Source of the DNA: a virus
Strand: one strand, 5' to 3'
Length of the DNA: 64,000 nt
Virus record (IMG/VR): IMGVR_UViG_3300005821_000002
Span: 32,487 to 96,486 of that record
Shown here: positions 21,545 to 31,938 of the stretch, in pieces
Layout of the letters: each line of letters starts with the position of its first letter
Position numbering within the stretch: the first letter of the stretch is position 1
Notes under the pieces: generated by a model
The model's database searches: none
Told to the model about the DNA's origin: nothing
Seen by the model: only the letters and a program-made list of their open reading frames with translations
Program-made: the position numbers and the translations under genes

Positions 21545-23433
21545 TATTTCCTCCAGCAAGTGTCAACTTTAACGCTGTATTCTACAGGTACATCATTCAA
21601 AAACGGTTTTGATGCATCCGTCATACTTTGTCCAATAAACTCCACTGCTCTTTCCTCCAAATCTTCTCTAAACTCACCGTCACCTTCGTCATGTACTGTC
21701 AACAACACTCTAAACAAATCTGGAAATTCTGGGTCTATATCGAATGGATTATTCCAGAACATATTACATAGATTCAATTTAATCATATCAGCAGAACCAC
21801 CTTGAATAGCATGGTTTACACCCTGTCTTTTGGTTTTGTTTATTAACTTCATATGACCACGATGTAGTCTGTCTGGTAATGTGAAGTAACGCTTTCTACC
21901 GTATTGCGTAGTGCTATATCTACGTCCTATTACTTGGTGTCCTACCGCATCTATGAATTCTTTCAACGTAGTATACTGGTTGAAGTATCTCTCAAGATAT
22001 TTCTTACCTACATCGAGGGGCCAGCCAAAATTATATCGCAAGCCCCACTCTGTCGTACCATATACCACCGCAAAGTTCACATTCTTGGCACGATCTCGTT
22101 CCTTACCTGTAACCTTATTCATCGGTTTATCAAAAATAATTGAGGCAGTCAACTTGTGGAGGTCTTCTCCATTCTGAAATGCCTCTATCATCAAAGGCTC
22201 TCGACTAATCTCAGCAAGAATTCTCAACTCAATCTGGGAGTAGTCAGCCGTGAAAAATTTGTAACCATCCCTAGCAAGAAAACAACTGCGGTAGTCTATA
22301 CCAGATTTGATATTCTGTAGATTGGGACCACTGCTACTGAAACGACCTGTTGCAGCACCCTGCTGATCGAAGTTACCATGAATTCTACCAGTGATAGGAT
22401 TAATCTTAGTTAGAAACTCCTCACCAAACGCATGTCCTGCTTTGTAGTACTCACGATACTTAAAGAGCAAGTCAATGAAATCATGTCCAGCATACTTCTG
22501 TAATTCTTTTGCAGATGAACTTTTGGTAGGTACTCCCAAGCCTTGAAGAACATTCAACATCTGTATTGGACTGTTCAAATTGATCTGAGGCACCAACACC
22601 GATATGATTTCATCTTTCACTTTTAATAATGATAAAGCTTCTCTTTTGTACTTACGATCAAACGACTCCGTTATCCTCATATTCTCTGCTGCTTCTAAAC
22701 CATTGGTGTATTGTCCAGCAAAGTAATCAAACCTTTCCGCCAAATAACTTTCTATCTTATTATAGTATTCTTCCGACTTCTCTGCACTGTTACCAGCTAG
22801 CTCACGCCATCTCTCTGAGTTGAGGAGCATACCTTGATACTCCATCAGAGTTACCATAGGCTCAAGCCTCATTTCCAAATCCCACATCTCTTGACTTTGG
22901 TTCTTAGCTAACTTCTCACTAAGTATCTTTCTTAAAGGAAGAAGATACTTCACATCGTTAGCAGAATATACCAACTGCTCTTCAGTGAACTCAAAGTTTT
23001 CCTTTCCCACGAATTCCATACGGATATTCTTTGGTAGCCTGACATTGAAATATTTATCTATCAGACCAGCATAGCTTGGAAACTTCTTACTGACACCAGA
23101 TAACTGAAACGCTTCAGCTAGCATAGTATCAAACACATTCGAAAGCAAAATAGAAAAGTTATGATATACCATCTTAAGGTCATACTTAAGATTGTGACCG
23201 ACAACCTCTGTATCACTATCCTTTATCAGTCTAAATAAATAACGGAGAGTCTCATTCTTAACTCTCCCTACATTTATGATATATATTTCTTTCTCAGTTG
23301 ATAGCTGTACTAATAACAACCTTGCTGTATAAGGGTCCAGACCTGTAGCCTCTACGTCTAGTCCCATGACTCGACTCTCTTGAACCAGTGGTACTAGTTC
23401 TAACAAATCATGATCGTTATTAATTAAATTCAT
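21544..23433 (-). CDS. polA: family A DNA polymerase with 3'-5' exonuclease, no 5' nuclease domain
   Basis: DVEATG, GHNLKYD, ATGRFSS, DYSQIELR, KNVNFAVVYG, QGGSAD, VHDE. Confidence 0.95.
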   Translation of the reverse strand: MNLINNDHDLLELVPLVQESRVMGLDVEATGLDPYTARLLLVQLSTEKEIYIINVGRVKNETLRYLFRLIKDSDTEVVGHNLKYDLKMVYHNFSILLSNVFDTMLAEAFQLSGVSKKFPSYAGLIDKYFNVRLPKNIRMEFVGKENFEFTEEQLVYSANDVKYLLPLRKILSEKLAKNQSQEMWDLEMRLEPMVTLMEYQGMLLNSERWRELAGNSAEKSEEYYNKIESYLAERFDYFAGQYTNGLEAAENMRITESFDRKYKREALSLLKVKDEIISVLVPQINLNSPIQMLNVLQGLGVPTKSSSAKELQKYAGHDFIDLLFKYREYYKAGHAFGEEFLTKINPITGRIHGNFDQQGAATGRFSSSGPNLQNIKSGIDYRSCFLARDGYKFFTADYSQIELRILAEISREPLMIEAFQNGEDLHKLTASIIFDKPMNKVTGKERDRAKNVNFAVVYGTTEWGLRYNFGWPLDVGKKYLERYFNQYTTLKEFIDAVGHQVIGRRYSTTQYGRKRYFTLPDRLHRGHMKLINKTKRQGVNHAIQGGSADMIKLNLCNMFWNNPFDIDPEFPDLFRVLLTVHDEGDGEFREDLEERAVEFIGQSMTDASKPFLNDVPVEYSVKVDTCWRK

Positions 23434-23494
23434 TAAGTGTGTTTACCTCGTTAATTAAGCTTATTAAGTATATTTACCCTCTGCTCGCTCATAT

Positions 23495-23523
23495 ATTATA
23501 CCACACTTTTAACCATTTGTCAA
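23495..23523 (-). promoter_or_regulatory. leftward sigma70 promoter
   Basis: TTGACA-17-TATAAT with TG extension. Confidence 0.9.
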
Positions 23524-23554
23524 GTACCAATTTTAAGATTGATGTGGTCCAGAC

Positions 23555-23583
23555 TTGACAAAAGTACCGAAATGTGGTATAAT
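23555..23583 (+). promoter_or_regulatory. rightward sigma70 promoter
   Basis: TTGACAAAAGTACCGAAATGTGGTATAAT. Confidence 0.9.
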
Positions 23584-23601
23584 AGATACACGGAGGATAA
23601 G

Positions 23602-23793
23602 ATGACATCAGATGATAAATTGAACCTGTTCAGAAAATATTTACAACGTCGGCTATCTCACGTTAAGATGTTACTCACTGTAGCTGAGTCCGCTAATCAA
23701 GACTCGAAAGTTATAGAAATATTTCGTCTTCAACGTGATAACTTAACTGACATTATACACGATTTTGATATGCTTGTCAAGTCCGATGGCTAG
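23602..23793 (+). CDS. hypothetical protein
   Basis: GGAGG RBS before ATG 23602. Confidence 0.6.
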   Translation: MTSDDKLNLFRKYLQRRLSHVKMLLTVAESANQDSKVIEIFRLQRDNLTDIIHDFDMLVKSDG

Positions 23794-23839
23794 ATTGCCA
23801 TCATTTTATTTCCCTATAACCTAAACTTAAGAGAGTAGT

Positions 23840-24061
23840 ATGCCTAAGAAAAACAAGTGCTTTTATTGCGATAAATATTTCACTGACCCTGAGAAAGCAC
23901 GGGAATGTGAGCTTACACACGATGTCCTTTTCGTTCCGATTCTTAGAACGGATTTGAATCGACTAATAAATTTCATAGCAACTGGTGACAGAAAACTTTT
24001 GACGGAACGCCTGTCAAAGGTTTTGTTTCGTTATGTGAGAGCTTACATAGACGATGACTAA
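23840..24061 (+). CDS. C2H2-like Zn-finger protein
   Basis: CFYC...CELTH. Confidence 0.6.
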   Translation: MPKKNKCFYCDKYFTDPEKARECELTHDVLFVPILRTDLNRLINFIATGDRKLLTERLSKVLFRYVRAYIDDD

Positions 24062-24236
24062 GAAGAAAAAGAAAATAATTTGTGTATTATGTGGAAAGGT
24101 TGTAAGGAAGGATCAGAAGAAATTTATGCTGGCTGTGGAGAAACCTGTGAGGTTCGACCTAACAGTACATCGTAGATGTTTTCAGAAAAACGACGAAAAT
24201 AGCAGAAAAATAGCCATAAAACAGCATCTTACATAG
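24054..24236 (+). CDS. small Zn-finger protein
   Basis: CVLC...HRRC. Confidence 0.55.
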   Translation: MTKKKKKIICVLCGKVVRKDQKKFMLAVEKPVRFDLTVHRRCFQKNDENSRKIAIKQHLT

Positions 24237-24265
24237 GTTTTATGGTATAATTATGGAGAGATTAG

Positions 24266-24454
24266 ATGGAAAAAGCTGAATTTAATATTGTAGAAGAAGG
24301 TGGAATTAGTGCTGTCGTAGAACTGGAAAACGATGTTGTGAAAATGATTTTATCAAACCCAAAATTACAATGCCCCAATTGTGGGGATATTGTCAGTATG
24401 AATGGGAGATGTAAAACCTGCCCCAGTTGTGGGTGGTCAACTTGTGATGTGTAG
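24266..24454 (+). CDS. Zn-ribbon protein
   Basis: CPNC...GRCKTCPSCGWSTC. Confidence 0.6.
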   Translation: MEKAEFNIVEEGGISAVVELENDVVKMILSNPKLQCPNCGDIVSMNGRCKTCPSCGWSTCDV

Positions 24455-24462
24455 GAGAGGTA

Positions 24463-25125
24463 ATGGGTGAAAAGCGGTTGGTGTTGCCAAATAAGAAAAA
24501 GATTCGAAATCTAGTTCAGTACCGTGATATGACTGACGAAGAGTTCGAAGATGCATGGGATGATATTGTCCTCGAAATTGAAGTATCTCCAGAGATGCTT
24601 GAAAAAAGGGTCAAAGAAAAATTAGACGAACTTGCCGTTGATTACGACATGGAAGACATGAAGATCAATGACATGGGACAGTTACGCTCCCTTGCCTTGG
24701 CACAACTTCAGCTGGATGACTTGGAGCAGACTGCATACGTAATAAGACAGAAGACAGACACTACATCTGTGCAGATACTTGAAAAGATCAATCGTATCCT
24801 TAGTGGATTACGGGATGATATATCCAAGATTTCATCTGACCTCCAACTCACAAGAAAAATTCGTAAACAAAGTAAAGAAAGTAGTATCATTGATGCTATT
24901 AATGATTTGAGGGGTAAGGCGAGAAAATTTTATCGTGAAAGAATGCTGTATGTATTTTGTCCCGAATGTAAAATGTTACTCGCAACACTCTGGTTGAATT
25001 ACTCCAGTGAGGAGTACAATCAGTTACAACTTAAGTGTAAAAGATGTAATAACAAATTTACTCAAGACCTTACCCCTCTTTATAAAACAGATAATAAGAA
25101 CTTAGAGGATGTGGTGTTACCATGA
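24463..25125 (+). CDS. hypothetical helical protein with Zn ribbon (candidate terminase small subunit)
   Basis: Coiled-coil core, CPEC...CKRC; function from context only. Confidence 0.4.
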   Translation: MGEKRLVLPNKKKIRNLVQYRDMTDEEFEDAWDDIVLEIEVSPEMLEKRVKEKLDELAVDYDMEDMKINDMGQLRSLALAQLQLDDLEQTAYVIRQKTDTTSVQILEKINRILSGLRDDISKISSDLQLTRKIRKQSKESSIIDAINDLRGKARKFYRERMLYVFCPECKMLLATLWLNYSSEEYNQLQLKCKRCNNKFTQDLTPLYKTDNKNLEDVVLP

Positions 25126-25334
25126 TAGTAACCGACATAAATGGAAAGGAACGAAATGTAGAATCTATAAAAAAGATTTCACATGCTGCAACCGATAGTA
25201 TTACGGGTGAAGCCGTTGAAGAGACTTTTGTTGAAGTTAAGATACTTGGTAATACTCGTAATTGGGTTGAGTGGTGGCCCTTTGCTGACTTCAAAAGATT
25301 AAATCCTGAGCGTAGACCTAGATGGAAGGAATAA
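25122..25334 (+). CDS. hypothetical protein
   Basis: ATGA overlap. Confidence 0.6.
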   Translation: MIVTDINGKERNVESIKKISHAATDSITGEAVEETFVEVKILGNTRNWVEWWPFADFKRLNPERRPRWKE

Positions 25335-25720
25335 ATCCAAAACCTATTCCACATCCAATAGTTATTAAAAGTGCAAAGATTAAAGAAACGCATGAATATG
25401 CACAGCTAGAGAGACTAAAGAAACTATGGACTCTATTCTTTTGTTCAGAGTGCAAATATAAGTGGAATTGTTGTGATACCTGTAAAGAAAGTGACGGATA
25501 CCTTAGATATAAAATTGAAGGGGAACATTATCCTGAATATTTTTTAGAAGATGGCAAGGGGTGTAAATTACCCCTTGAACTTAAATCTGTAACTTGCATC
25601 ACTTATATATGTAAAGAAAAAAGAGCAACAATGGATAAGACTTACTTAGATGGACTGGATGCATTAATAGAAGTGATGAGAAAGCTAGAGTTTGATTTGT
25701 ATTTGATGGAGATTAAGTAA
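25322..25720 (+). CDS. Cys-rich hypothetical protein
   Basis: CxxC, CCxxC, GC...CxxxxC. Confidence 0.55.
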   Translation: MEGINPKPIPHPIVIKSAKIKETHEYAQLERLKKLWTLFFCSECKYKWNCCDTCKESDGYLRYKIEGEHYPEYFLEDGKGCKLPLELKSVTCITYICKEKRATMDKTYLDGLDALIEVMRKLEFDLYLMEIK

Positions 25721-27297
25721 TGGCGATCAATGTAGACGGCACCACCAACATGACCGACGTTTCCATGTGTGACTCTACTACAGGTTGGGCTGGTGGTATG
25801 TCACAGTTTGCTCTTGATACTGGAGTTTATGTTCAAGGCACTGGTTCACTTTCTGGCTGGATAAACGCAACCACTAGTGCGACCGAATATTATGCTATTA
25901 CTTCTGTAGATATGTCTGGTGGCGACCATATTTATGTATGGATGTTTTGCTCTGGCGTAGTAGACACACAAGCTCTTGGTGGATATAGAGTTGTTTTGTA
26001 CAGTGGTGCAGATTATATTAACAATTTTGCGACTTTCTACGTTGGTGGAAACGATACTCATGGTACTGGTTGGCAATTGATGTGTGTTGATGCAAGTGCT
26101 TCTCCAGACTTGGAAACAGGAACATTTGACAATACTGATGTTATAGCTGTCGGAGTAGCTTTCAAAACACTAACTGCCGCTATCAGTAAGGGTAAAGAGT
26201 ACATCAACAACTGTTATTGGGATGCAGTTCGTTATGGAACTGGATTGATAATTACTTCTGGTGCAACGGATGATATTGACTACGAACAAATTTATGCGGT
26301 GGATAATAACAATACCTATAAGTATGGAGTTATCCAAAAAGCCTACAGTGCTTATGTGCAAACAGGAGAGCTTACGCTTGGTGGAACTGGCACAGAAACA
26401 ATAGACTTTATAATGGAAAACGATGTTATTCTTTTCCCTTCAAATGAATATGTTGATGCTGATTTCTATTCTATTTTGCCTTTGGGAAATACTACTAATC
26501 CAACGTATATTGACCTCTCTGGCTCATACCTAAAGTCAGCTGGTGCAGAAAAGTTTGTATTTGATATGTCAGGTGCAAATATTAACACTTTTGTCATGGA
26601 TGGATGTACTCTAGATAACGCAGGAGTTTGTACGTTTACTACTGGACAGACAATAACAAATAATGTTTTTGCTACTTGTGGATTAGTTACTCCAGCAGCT
26701 GCTACATTTACTGGAAACAAGATAGTAAATTCAAATGTTTCATCGGCTATGCTTTATCCAACAACGGATAACACTGCCGAATTAGAATTTATTTCTGATG
26801 GGACAGGACATGCTATTCTTATTAGTAGCACAGGAACATATACCTTTGATGAGCATACCTTCGATGGGTATGCTTCTACAGACGGTTCAACAGGAAATGA
26901 GTGTGTCTATAATAACTCAGGTGGTTCGGTAACTATAAATATTATTAATGGTGGAGATACTCCAACCATTATGAATGGTACGAGTGCTTCAACTACAGTA
27001 AATAATGCTGTTGACATTACCATTCACGTTATAGATGAGGATGGAAATAATATCGAGGATGCTCAAGTAGCGGTTTATCAAACATCAGGTGATACTGAAT
27101 TGATGAATGAAGATACATTATCAACAGGAATAGCTACGGAGACATTCAACTTTGTAAGTGATACAGCAATTTACTGGAGAGTTAGAAAGTCTAGTACAGG
27201 TTCGACAAGGTATTTTCCAAGGAATGGTACCGGAACAATAACATCTGCCGGATTTTCAGCTACAATTACTTTGGCAGAAGATACAATAATTCAATAA
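25720..27297 (+). CDS. acidic Thr/Gly-rich beta protein with beta-helix-like region (putative virion protein)
   Basis: Composition and repeats; C-terminal Ig/prealbumin-like domain. Confidence 0.55.
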   Translation: MAINVDGTTNMTDVSMCDSTTGWAGGMSQFALDTGVYVQGTGSLSGWINATTSATEYYAITSVDMSGGDHIYVWMFCSGVVDTQALGGYRVVLYSGADYINNFATFYVGGNDTHGTGWQLMCVDASASPDLETGTFDNTDVIAVGVAFKTLTAAISKGKEYINNCYWDAVRYGTGLIITSGATDDIDYEQIYAVDNNNTYKYGVIQKAYSAYVQTGELTLGGTGTETIDFIMENDVILFPSNEYVDADFYSILPLGNTTNPTYIDLSGSYLKSAGAEKFVFDMSGANINTFVMDGCTLDNAGVCTFTTGQTITNNVFATCGLVTPAAATFTGNKIVNSNVSSAMLYPTTDNTAELEFISDGTGHAILISSTGTYTFDEHTFDGYASTDGSTGNECVYNNSGGSVTINIINGGDTPTIMNGTSASTTVNNAVDITIHVIDEDGNNIEDAQVAVYQTSGDTELMNEDTLSTGIATETFNFVSDTAIYWRVRKSSTGSTRYFPRNGTGTITSAGFSATITLAEDTIIQ

Positions 27298-27312
27298 TTT
27301 TGGAGATAAATT

Positions 27313-29046
27313 ATGGCGGCTATAGACGTAAATGATTATACGATTGATTATATAAATAAAGTAATAAGATATGACGGTGTAGAGACTCCGCCACATCCGT
27401 TAGCAGATATGCTTTCGGTAAATGCTCTGTATTCTGAAGTAATGGATACATTTGATGAACTTGGTCAAATGGATGATACCATGCCTATGAGTGCTCAGAC
27501 TCCTACAGACTATTCTCTAATCAATGGTTGGTTCATTGATGAAATGACTATTCAAACTTTGAAGGGTGGAGCAATCACAACTATTGGTTGGACTAATATA
27601 ATTCAGATCATGGCTGTGGACGGTATTACTACTCAAGCAACTATGCCAACCGATGTTGGTAAAGTGGTTAATGATGACGCATCACCAACGGGCACACTGT
27701 TATATGCAGAAGAGATTGACGCTGATGAAGCCAAATGGTGGGTCAGAGGTACAACTCTTATTGGCGACGGGTCTACTATGACCGTTGACGGTAGCTCTGC
27801 TGATGGCGATGCTAATGGTGATTCAGAAACCGGTAATAACCTTTGGACTAACCTATATACTCTTGGTACCCTGTATGGTACACCAACTCTCTATGGTACT
27901 AGAGATGATACTAGATTATCACAGTCTGGAACTGGAACACCAGCATGGTGGGACACTGGACATATTGATATTCTAATTTTGATTAAAGAAGCTGGAGTAG
28001 AGCTTGGTGATGACCTAGAAGGTGTCCTTACCGGTTACGTACAAATCTTTGAACGTGACTGGACAGATGCTGATGGAACACTTTGGGACTGGTTCGAGGT
28101 TGACCTTGGACCTGGTGGACGACAGGCTGTGCCTTTGGCTACGTTCTCTGACTTGAACAACACTACTGCCGAAGCTACTGTAGCTACATGGACTGATGTT
28201 GTAGTTAGTGTTGCTGGACCTTATACCGAAGATATCGGTGATGGTGCTGGCGACCAGAACTATGACTACAGTATTAACTGTGGTGGTAGAGTTCTAAGCC
28301 AAGTATATGAAAGACTAAAGTATATTACTAGAGATGGTGAAACATCCCTAATTGATGCTGTTGAAGGTCAGCAATATACCGTTGTTGTGGGAGAAGAGGG
28401 AACATACGCCCCTGTAAAGTCGGCTCCGTTTGGAAGCTTTGCTGGTGGTAAACTCTTCGGTGCCCGTGGTATTTGGGTTTACAACATGGCCGGTGCTGAT
28501 GCTGAAAACTATCAGCTAATTGACAGTGCTGGTACAACTAGACAGCCACCAACACAGGCTCCTATTACAGTAGGGTCTGTTGTTGCTGGAGATAGAGTGC
28601 TTGTTGCTCTATCAATTGGCGCTGCATCAACTGTAATTGATAAGGAACAATATACTGTGTCAGGTACTATTTCAACTGGTGCAAATTACATTGATGTGAC
28701 CATTCCAATTCCAAATGACACGCCTTCATCTGGTTTCATTAGAGTTCTTGACACTGGAGTAAGTGAAGAAAGATACACATACTCTGGTTATGCAAACCAT
28801 ACTTTTGGTCTAAATACAGTTACATCGAAGGAATATGTTGGACCAACAGATACAGCTTATGTGCCCTATGTTGATAACGAAGCTATTTCAACATCAATTG
28901 TTCAATCACTGATTTATGTGGCAGATAAGAACTTGGTAGCAAGAGTAAGAAAATATGGTATTTTACCATTTGAAACTACAGCTACATTAGTAACAGGTGG
29001 GGTAACTATTACTGCTATTAGAACTGAAGATACAATTGTAACATAA
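27313..29046 (+). CDS. acidic beta-rich protein (putative virion protein)
   Basis: 577-aa ORF, GGAG RBS. Confidence 0.55.
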   Translation: MAAIDVNDYTIDYINKVIRYDGVETPPHPLADMLSVNALYSEVMDTFDELGQMDDTMPMSAQTPTDYSLINGWFIDEMTIQTLKGGAITTIGWTNIIQIMAVDGITTQATMPTDVGKVVNDDASPTGTLLYAEEIDADEAKWWVRGTTLIGDGSTMTVDGSSADGDANGDSETGNNLWTNLYTLGTLYGTPTLYGTRDDTRLSQSGTGTPAWWDTGHIDILILIKEAGVELGDDLEGVLTGYVQIFERDWTDADGTLWDWFEVDLGPGGRQAVPLATFSDLNNTTAEATVATWTDVVVSVAGPYTEDIGDGAGDQNYDYSINCGGRVLSQVYERLKYITRDGETSLIDAVEGQQYTVVVGEEGTYAPVKSAPFGSFAGGKLFGARGIWVYNMAGADAENYQLIDSAGTTRQPPTQAPITVGSVVAGDRVLVALSIGAASTVIDKEQYTVSGTISTGANYIDVTIPIPNDTPSSGFIRVLDTGVSEERYTYSGYANHTFGLNTVTSKEYVGPTDTAYVPYVDNEAISTSIVQSLIYVADKNLVARVRKYGILPFETTATLVTGGVTITAIRTEDTIVT

Positions 29047-29064
29047 TAATCTGAGGAGGTCGGA

Positions 29065-30408
29065 ATGGGTTTATTATTTGACGAAATCAATCAGATTATT
29101 ACAGTTGAGAGTCCTGATACAGAAATAACAATGCAGAATTTAATAAATGGTGTTCGTGATTACGAGGATAATGTTGAAGGTATGGACATCCCTAAAATTG
29201 CAAATGCGTCAGGTAAGGAAGCTTTAGGTGGTGGGACTCTTGTAGGAATAACAGTGACTTTGATTGACTGGAAACTGAAATTTGAAGATCGGGCTGGGCC
29301 CGATTATATTATCTGTAATGCTACCGGTGGAAACTTGGTAACATATGATACAGGTACGTCTTCATATATCAACCCAATCGAACCAGCCACTTACGTAACA
29401 GTGGTTATTACTGCGTCCTCATCTGCTACCTTGCAAGAGTTGAGTACGCTTCAGTATAGCTCATTTAGTGGTGGAGTTACTGTTGATGTTACCAGTATAT
29501 ATACTGGTACAGATTTTCCTGTTGGAACACCACAGGAACCGGTGAATAATTTAGCAGACGCTATGACTATCGCCACTGAAAGGGGTTTTACTCTTCTTTA
29601 CATCATTGGTGATATTACTGTTGATGCATCTGGTGATTATGAAAATATGGTGTTCATCGGAGAATCACAAACAAAGAGTGTTTTAACAATATCCGATGGA
29701 GCTAATGTAACTGGATGTGAATTTAAAGACGCAACTATACTAGGAGTGCTTGATGGAAACAGTTTAATTCAAAACTGTGTATTAAGTGACCTAGAGTATG
29801 TTTATGGGATAATAGTTGAATGTATATTAGAACCAGGCACTATAATACTAGGCGGAACAAACCCCGCTCATTTTCTGGACTGCTGGTGCGGAGACCCCGA
29901 CGACGCATGGCCAACTATAGATTGCGGTGGAAGCGGGCAGGCTTTGGCCCTTCAAAATTACAATGGAAGAATCAAGATAATCAACAAGACGGGAACCGAG
30001 CAAGTTCAGATAGCTCTGAATGCGGGCCACGTTTGGCTTGATTCAACAGTAACTAATGGAGATATTTATATTAAGGGTGTTGGAGAATTAACAGATGATA
30101 GCTCCGCTACTGTGGATGCCACCGCTCTAATATCAAATGAATCTGTAGCAAATGCAGTTTGGAATGAAGCATATGCAGATCACCAAGTAGCCGGAACCTT
30201 TGGTGCATTCTTATTGGCTACATTAGGTCTGTCTGGAGAGAATACCAAATGGTCAAGTTTGTCCCATGATGCTTACAACAACTTGACTGGTGCAACCATT
30301 ACTTCGTATACAGATGATACCTTGGTAACACCGATTAAATCATGGACGCTGACAGCTACTTACAATGATAACAGTGAGTTGACAGCATATCAAATGGTAG
30401 AAAACTAA
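29065..30408 (+). CDS. beta-helix-containing putative virion protein
   Basis: GTPQEPVNNLADA motif typical of pectin-lyase-like starts. Confidence 0.55.
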   Translation: MGLLFDEINQIITVESPDTEITMQNLINGVRDYEDNVEGMDIPKIANASGKEALGGGTLVGITVTLIDWKLKFEDRAGPDYIICNATGGNLVTYDTGTSSYINPIEPATYVTVVITASSSATLQELSTLQYSSFSGGVTVDVTSIYTGTDFPVGTPQEPVNNLADAMTIATERGFTLLYIIGDITVDASGDYENMVFIGESQTKSVLTISDGANVTGCEFKDATILGVLDGNSLIQNCVLSDLEYVYGIIVECILEPGTIILGGTNPAHFLDCWCGDPDDAWPTIDCGGSGQALALQNYNGRIKIINKTGTEQVQIALNAGHVWLDSTVTNGDIYIKGVGELTDDSSATVDATALISNESVANAVWNEAYADHQVAGTFGAFLLATLGLSGENTKWSSLSHDAYNNLTGATITSYTDDTLVTPIKSWTLTATYNDNSELTAYQMVEN

Positions 30409-30602
30409 TGAGTGGAATGAGTATAGCTTCACACGGTAGAGCAGGTAAAGCATCTGGAATGTCTATAGGTTCTTTTGGTAGATTATATAGACGAATAGCC
30501 GGTGTAATACCTCCCATCGTTATAGAAGGCTTACGAGAAGTATGGAATCTTCTATCTAGAATTAATACAGTTGTTAATATTGAATCAAGGATTAACGAAT
30601 GA
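30408..30602 (+). CDS. hypothetical protein with SGMSIxSxGR duplication
   Basis: TAATG coupling. Confidence 0.5.
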   Translation: MSGMSIASHGRAGKASGMSIGSFGRLYRRIAGVIPPIVIEGLREVWNLLSRINTVVNIESRINE

Positions 30603-30766
30603 ATCTTGATATCACATCACCTATAAATACACAGCTGGACCTTGAGTCAAAGCTTAATTTCGAATTATATCTGATGTCAACTATATATCAGAAGATACTC
30701 GATTTATTTAGCGATTTGACACTCACTTTGAATCTAACGTCTGAGTTAGAACTGGAAGAAGTATAA
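30599..30766 (+). CDS. small hypothetical protein (55 aa)
   Basis: ATGA and TAATG coupling on both sides. Confidence 0.5.
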   Translation: MNLDITSPINTQLDLESKLNFELYLMSTIYQKILDLFSDLTLTLNLTSELELEEV

Positions 30767-31080
30767 TGAGCGTGATAGAATATAAAGTTTATATAGGAGA
30801 TACCCCACTCATACGAGTAGATTGTGTGACAGATATCACAACAATTTCGGGTGCTCAAATAAATTATAGAAAACCAACAAGTGAAGATACAGGGGATTGG
30901 ACAGCTACAGTTGCCAGTGATCCTAACACCAACTTGGGTAGATATCTAGAATATCAAGCACAGATAACTGATCTTGATGAATCTGGAGACTGGAAGTTTC
31001 AAGCGTACGTCGTTTTTAATGACGGCACACGCTTCTTTGGAGAAACAGCAACACAAAGAGTTCATGCCCTGTTTGAATAA
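30766..31080 (+). CDS. BppU-like Ig-fold structural protein
   Basis: YRKP...W...DLDESGDWKFQAYV. Confidence 0.55.
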   Translation: MSVIEYKVYIGDTPLIRVDCVTDITTISGAQINYRKPTSEDTGDWTATVASDPNTNLGRYLEYQAQITDLDESGDWKFQAYVVFNDGTRFFGETATQRVHALFE

Positions 31081-31086
31081 GGAGTA

Positions 31087-31938
31087 ATGATGAAAAGGAT
31101 TTTAGTATTAGGTTCGAGAGGATATCTGGGAAGACATTTAGTTGAGTACTTATGGAAAAACCCAGATAACAAAGTGTATGGTATAGACAAAAATCTAGTA
31201 GACTTGAGAGATTTAGACCATTGTTTACGTCTCTTCAGACATTTAGAATGTGATGAAATCTATCAGATGGCTGCCGATTCTGGAAATATGAAATATTTAT
31301 TATCAAAAGATTATTCGTATGGAGATTCAACAGTAATAAATTTAACCATTATAAAAGCACTTAGGACACTAAATTATAAAGGAAGGCTTTTATTTCCAAG
31401 TTCATTGTATGTATATGACAGGAAAAGCAGGTACGGTATAGAGAAATTATATAACGAACAATTATATTCTGCTTCAGGATTAGATGTTAGCATAGCTAGA
31501 CTATTCAGTGTGTATGGACCAGGAGAGAAACTAAATTCTCCAGGAGAGAAAGTTACTACTGCCTTTTGTAGAAAATTTATAGAGTCAAATGGAGCTATTA
31601 CTGTAGAAGGAAATCCATCACAAGTTAGATATTTTCTTTACGTAACAGATGCTATAGAGGGATTGATTTCTCAAATGGAATTTAATATACCAGCAACACT
31701 TGACTTTGCTGGTGATGAAGAGATAACTTTTGGAAGAATGTTACGTACCCTTGGAAAGATACATGGTAAAGGACATAAGGTTAGATACACATTAGAAAAT
31801 AAAGATGAAGGTGTTATAATTCCATCAACAAAAGCTACGAAAGCAATTTTGAGTTGGCAACCTAAAGTTACTTTTGAAGACGGAATGGAAAAACTTTATA
31901 ATTGGACAGAGAAGGAGTTGTATAGTGAACTACATTGA
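31087..31938 (+). CDS. NAD-dependent nucleotide-sugar epimerase/dehydratase (extended SDR)
   Basis: GSRGYLG, SS, YGIEK, RLFSVYGP, RYFLYVTD. Confidence 0.9.
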   Translation: MMKRILVLGSRGYLGRHLVEYLWKNPDNKVYGIDKNLVDLRDLDHCLRLFRHLECDEIYQMAADSGNMKYLLSKDYSYGDSTVINLTIIKALRTLNYKGRLLFPSSLYVYDRKSRYGIEKLYNEQLYSASGLDVSIARLFSVYGPGEKLNSPGEKVTTAFCRKFIESNGAITVEGNPSQVRYFLYVTDAIEGLISQMEFNIPATLDFAGDEEITFGRMLRTLGKIHGKGHKVRYTLENKDEGVIIPSTKATKAILSWQPKVTFEDGMEKLYNWTEKELYSELH

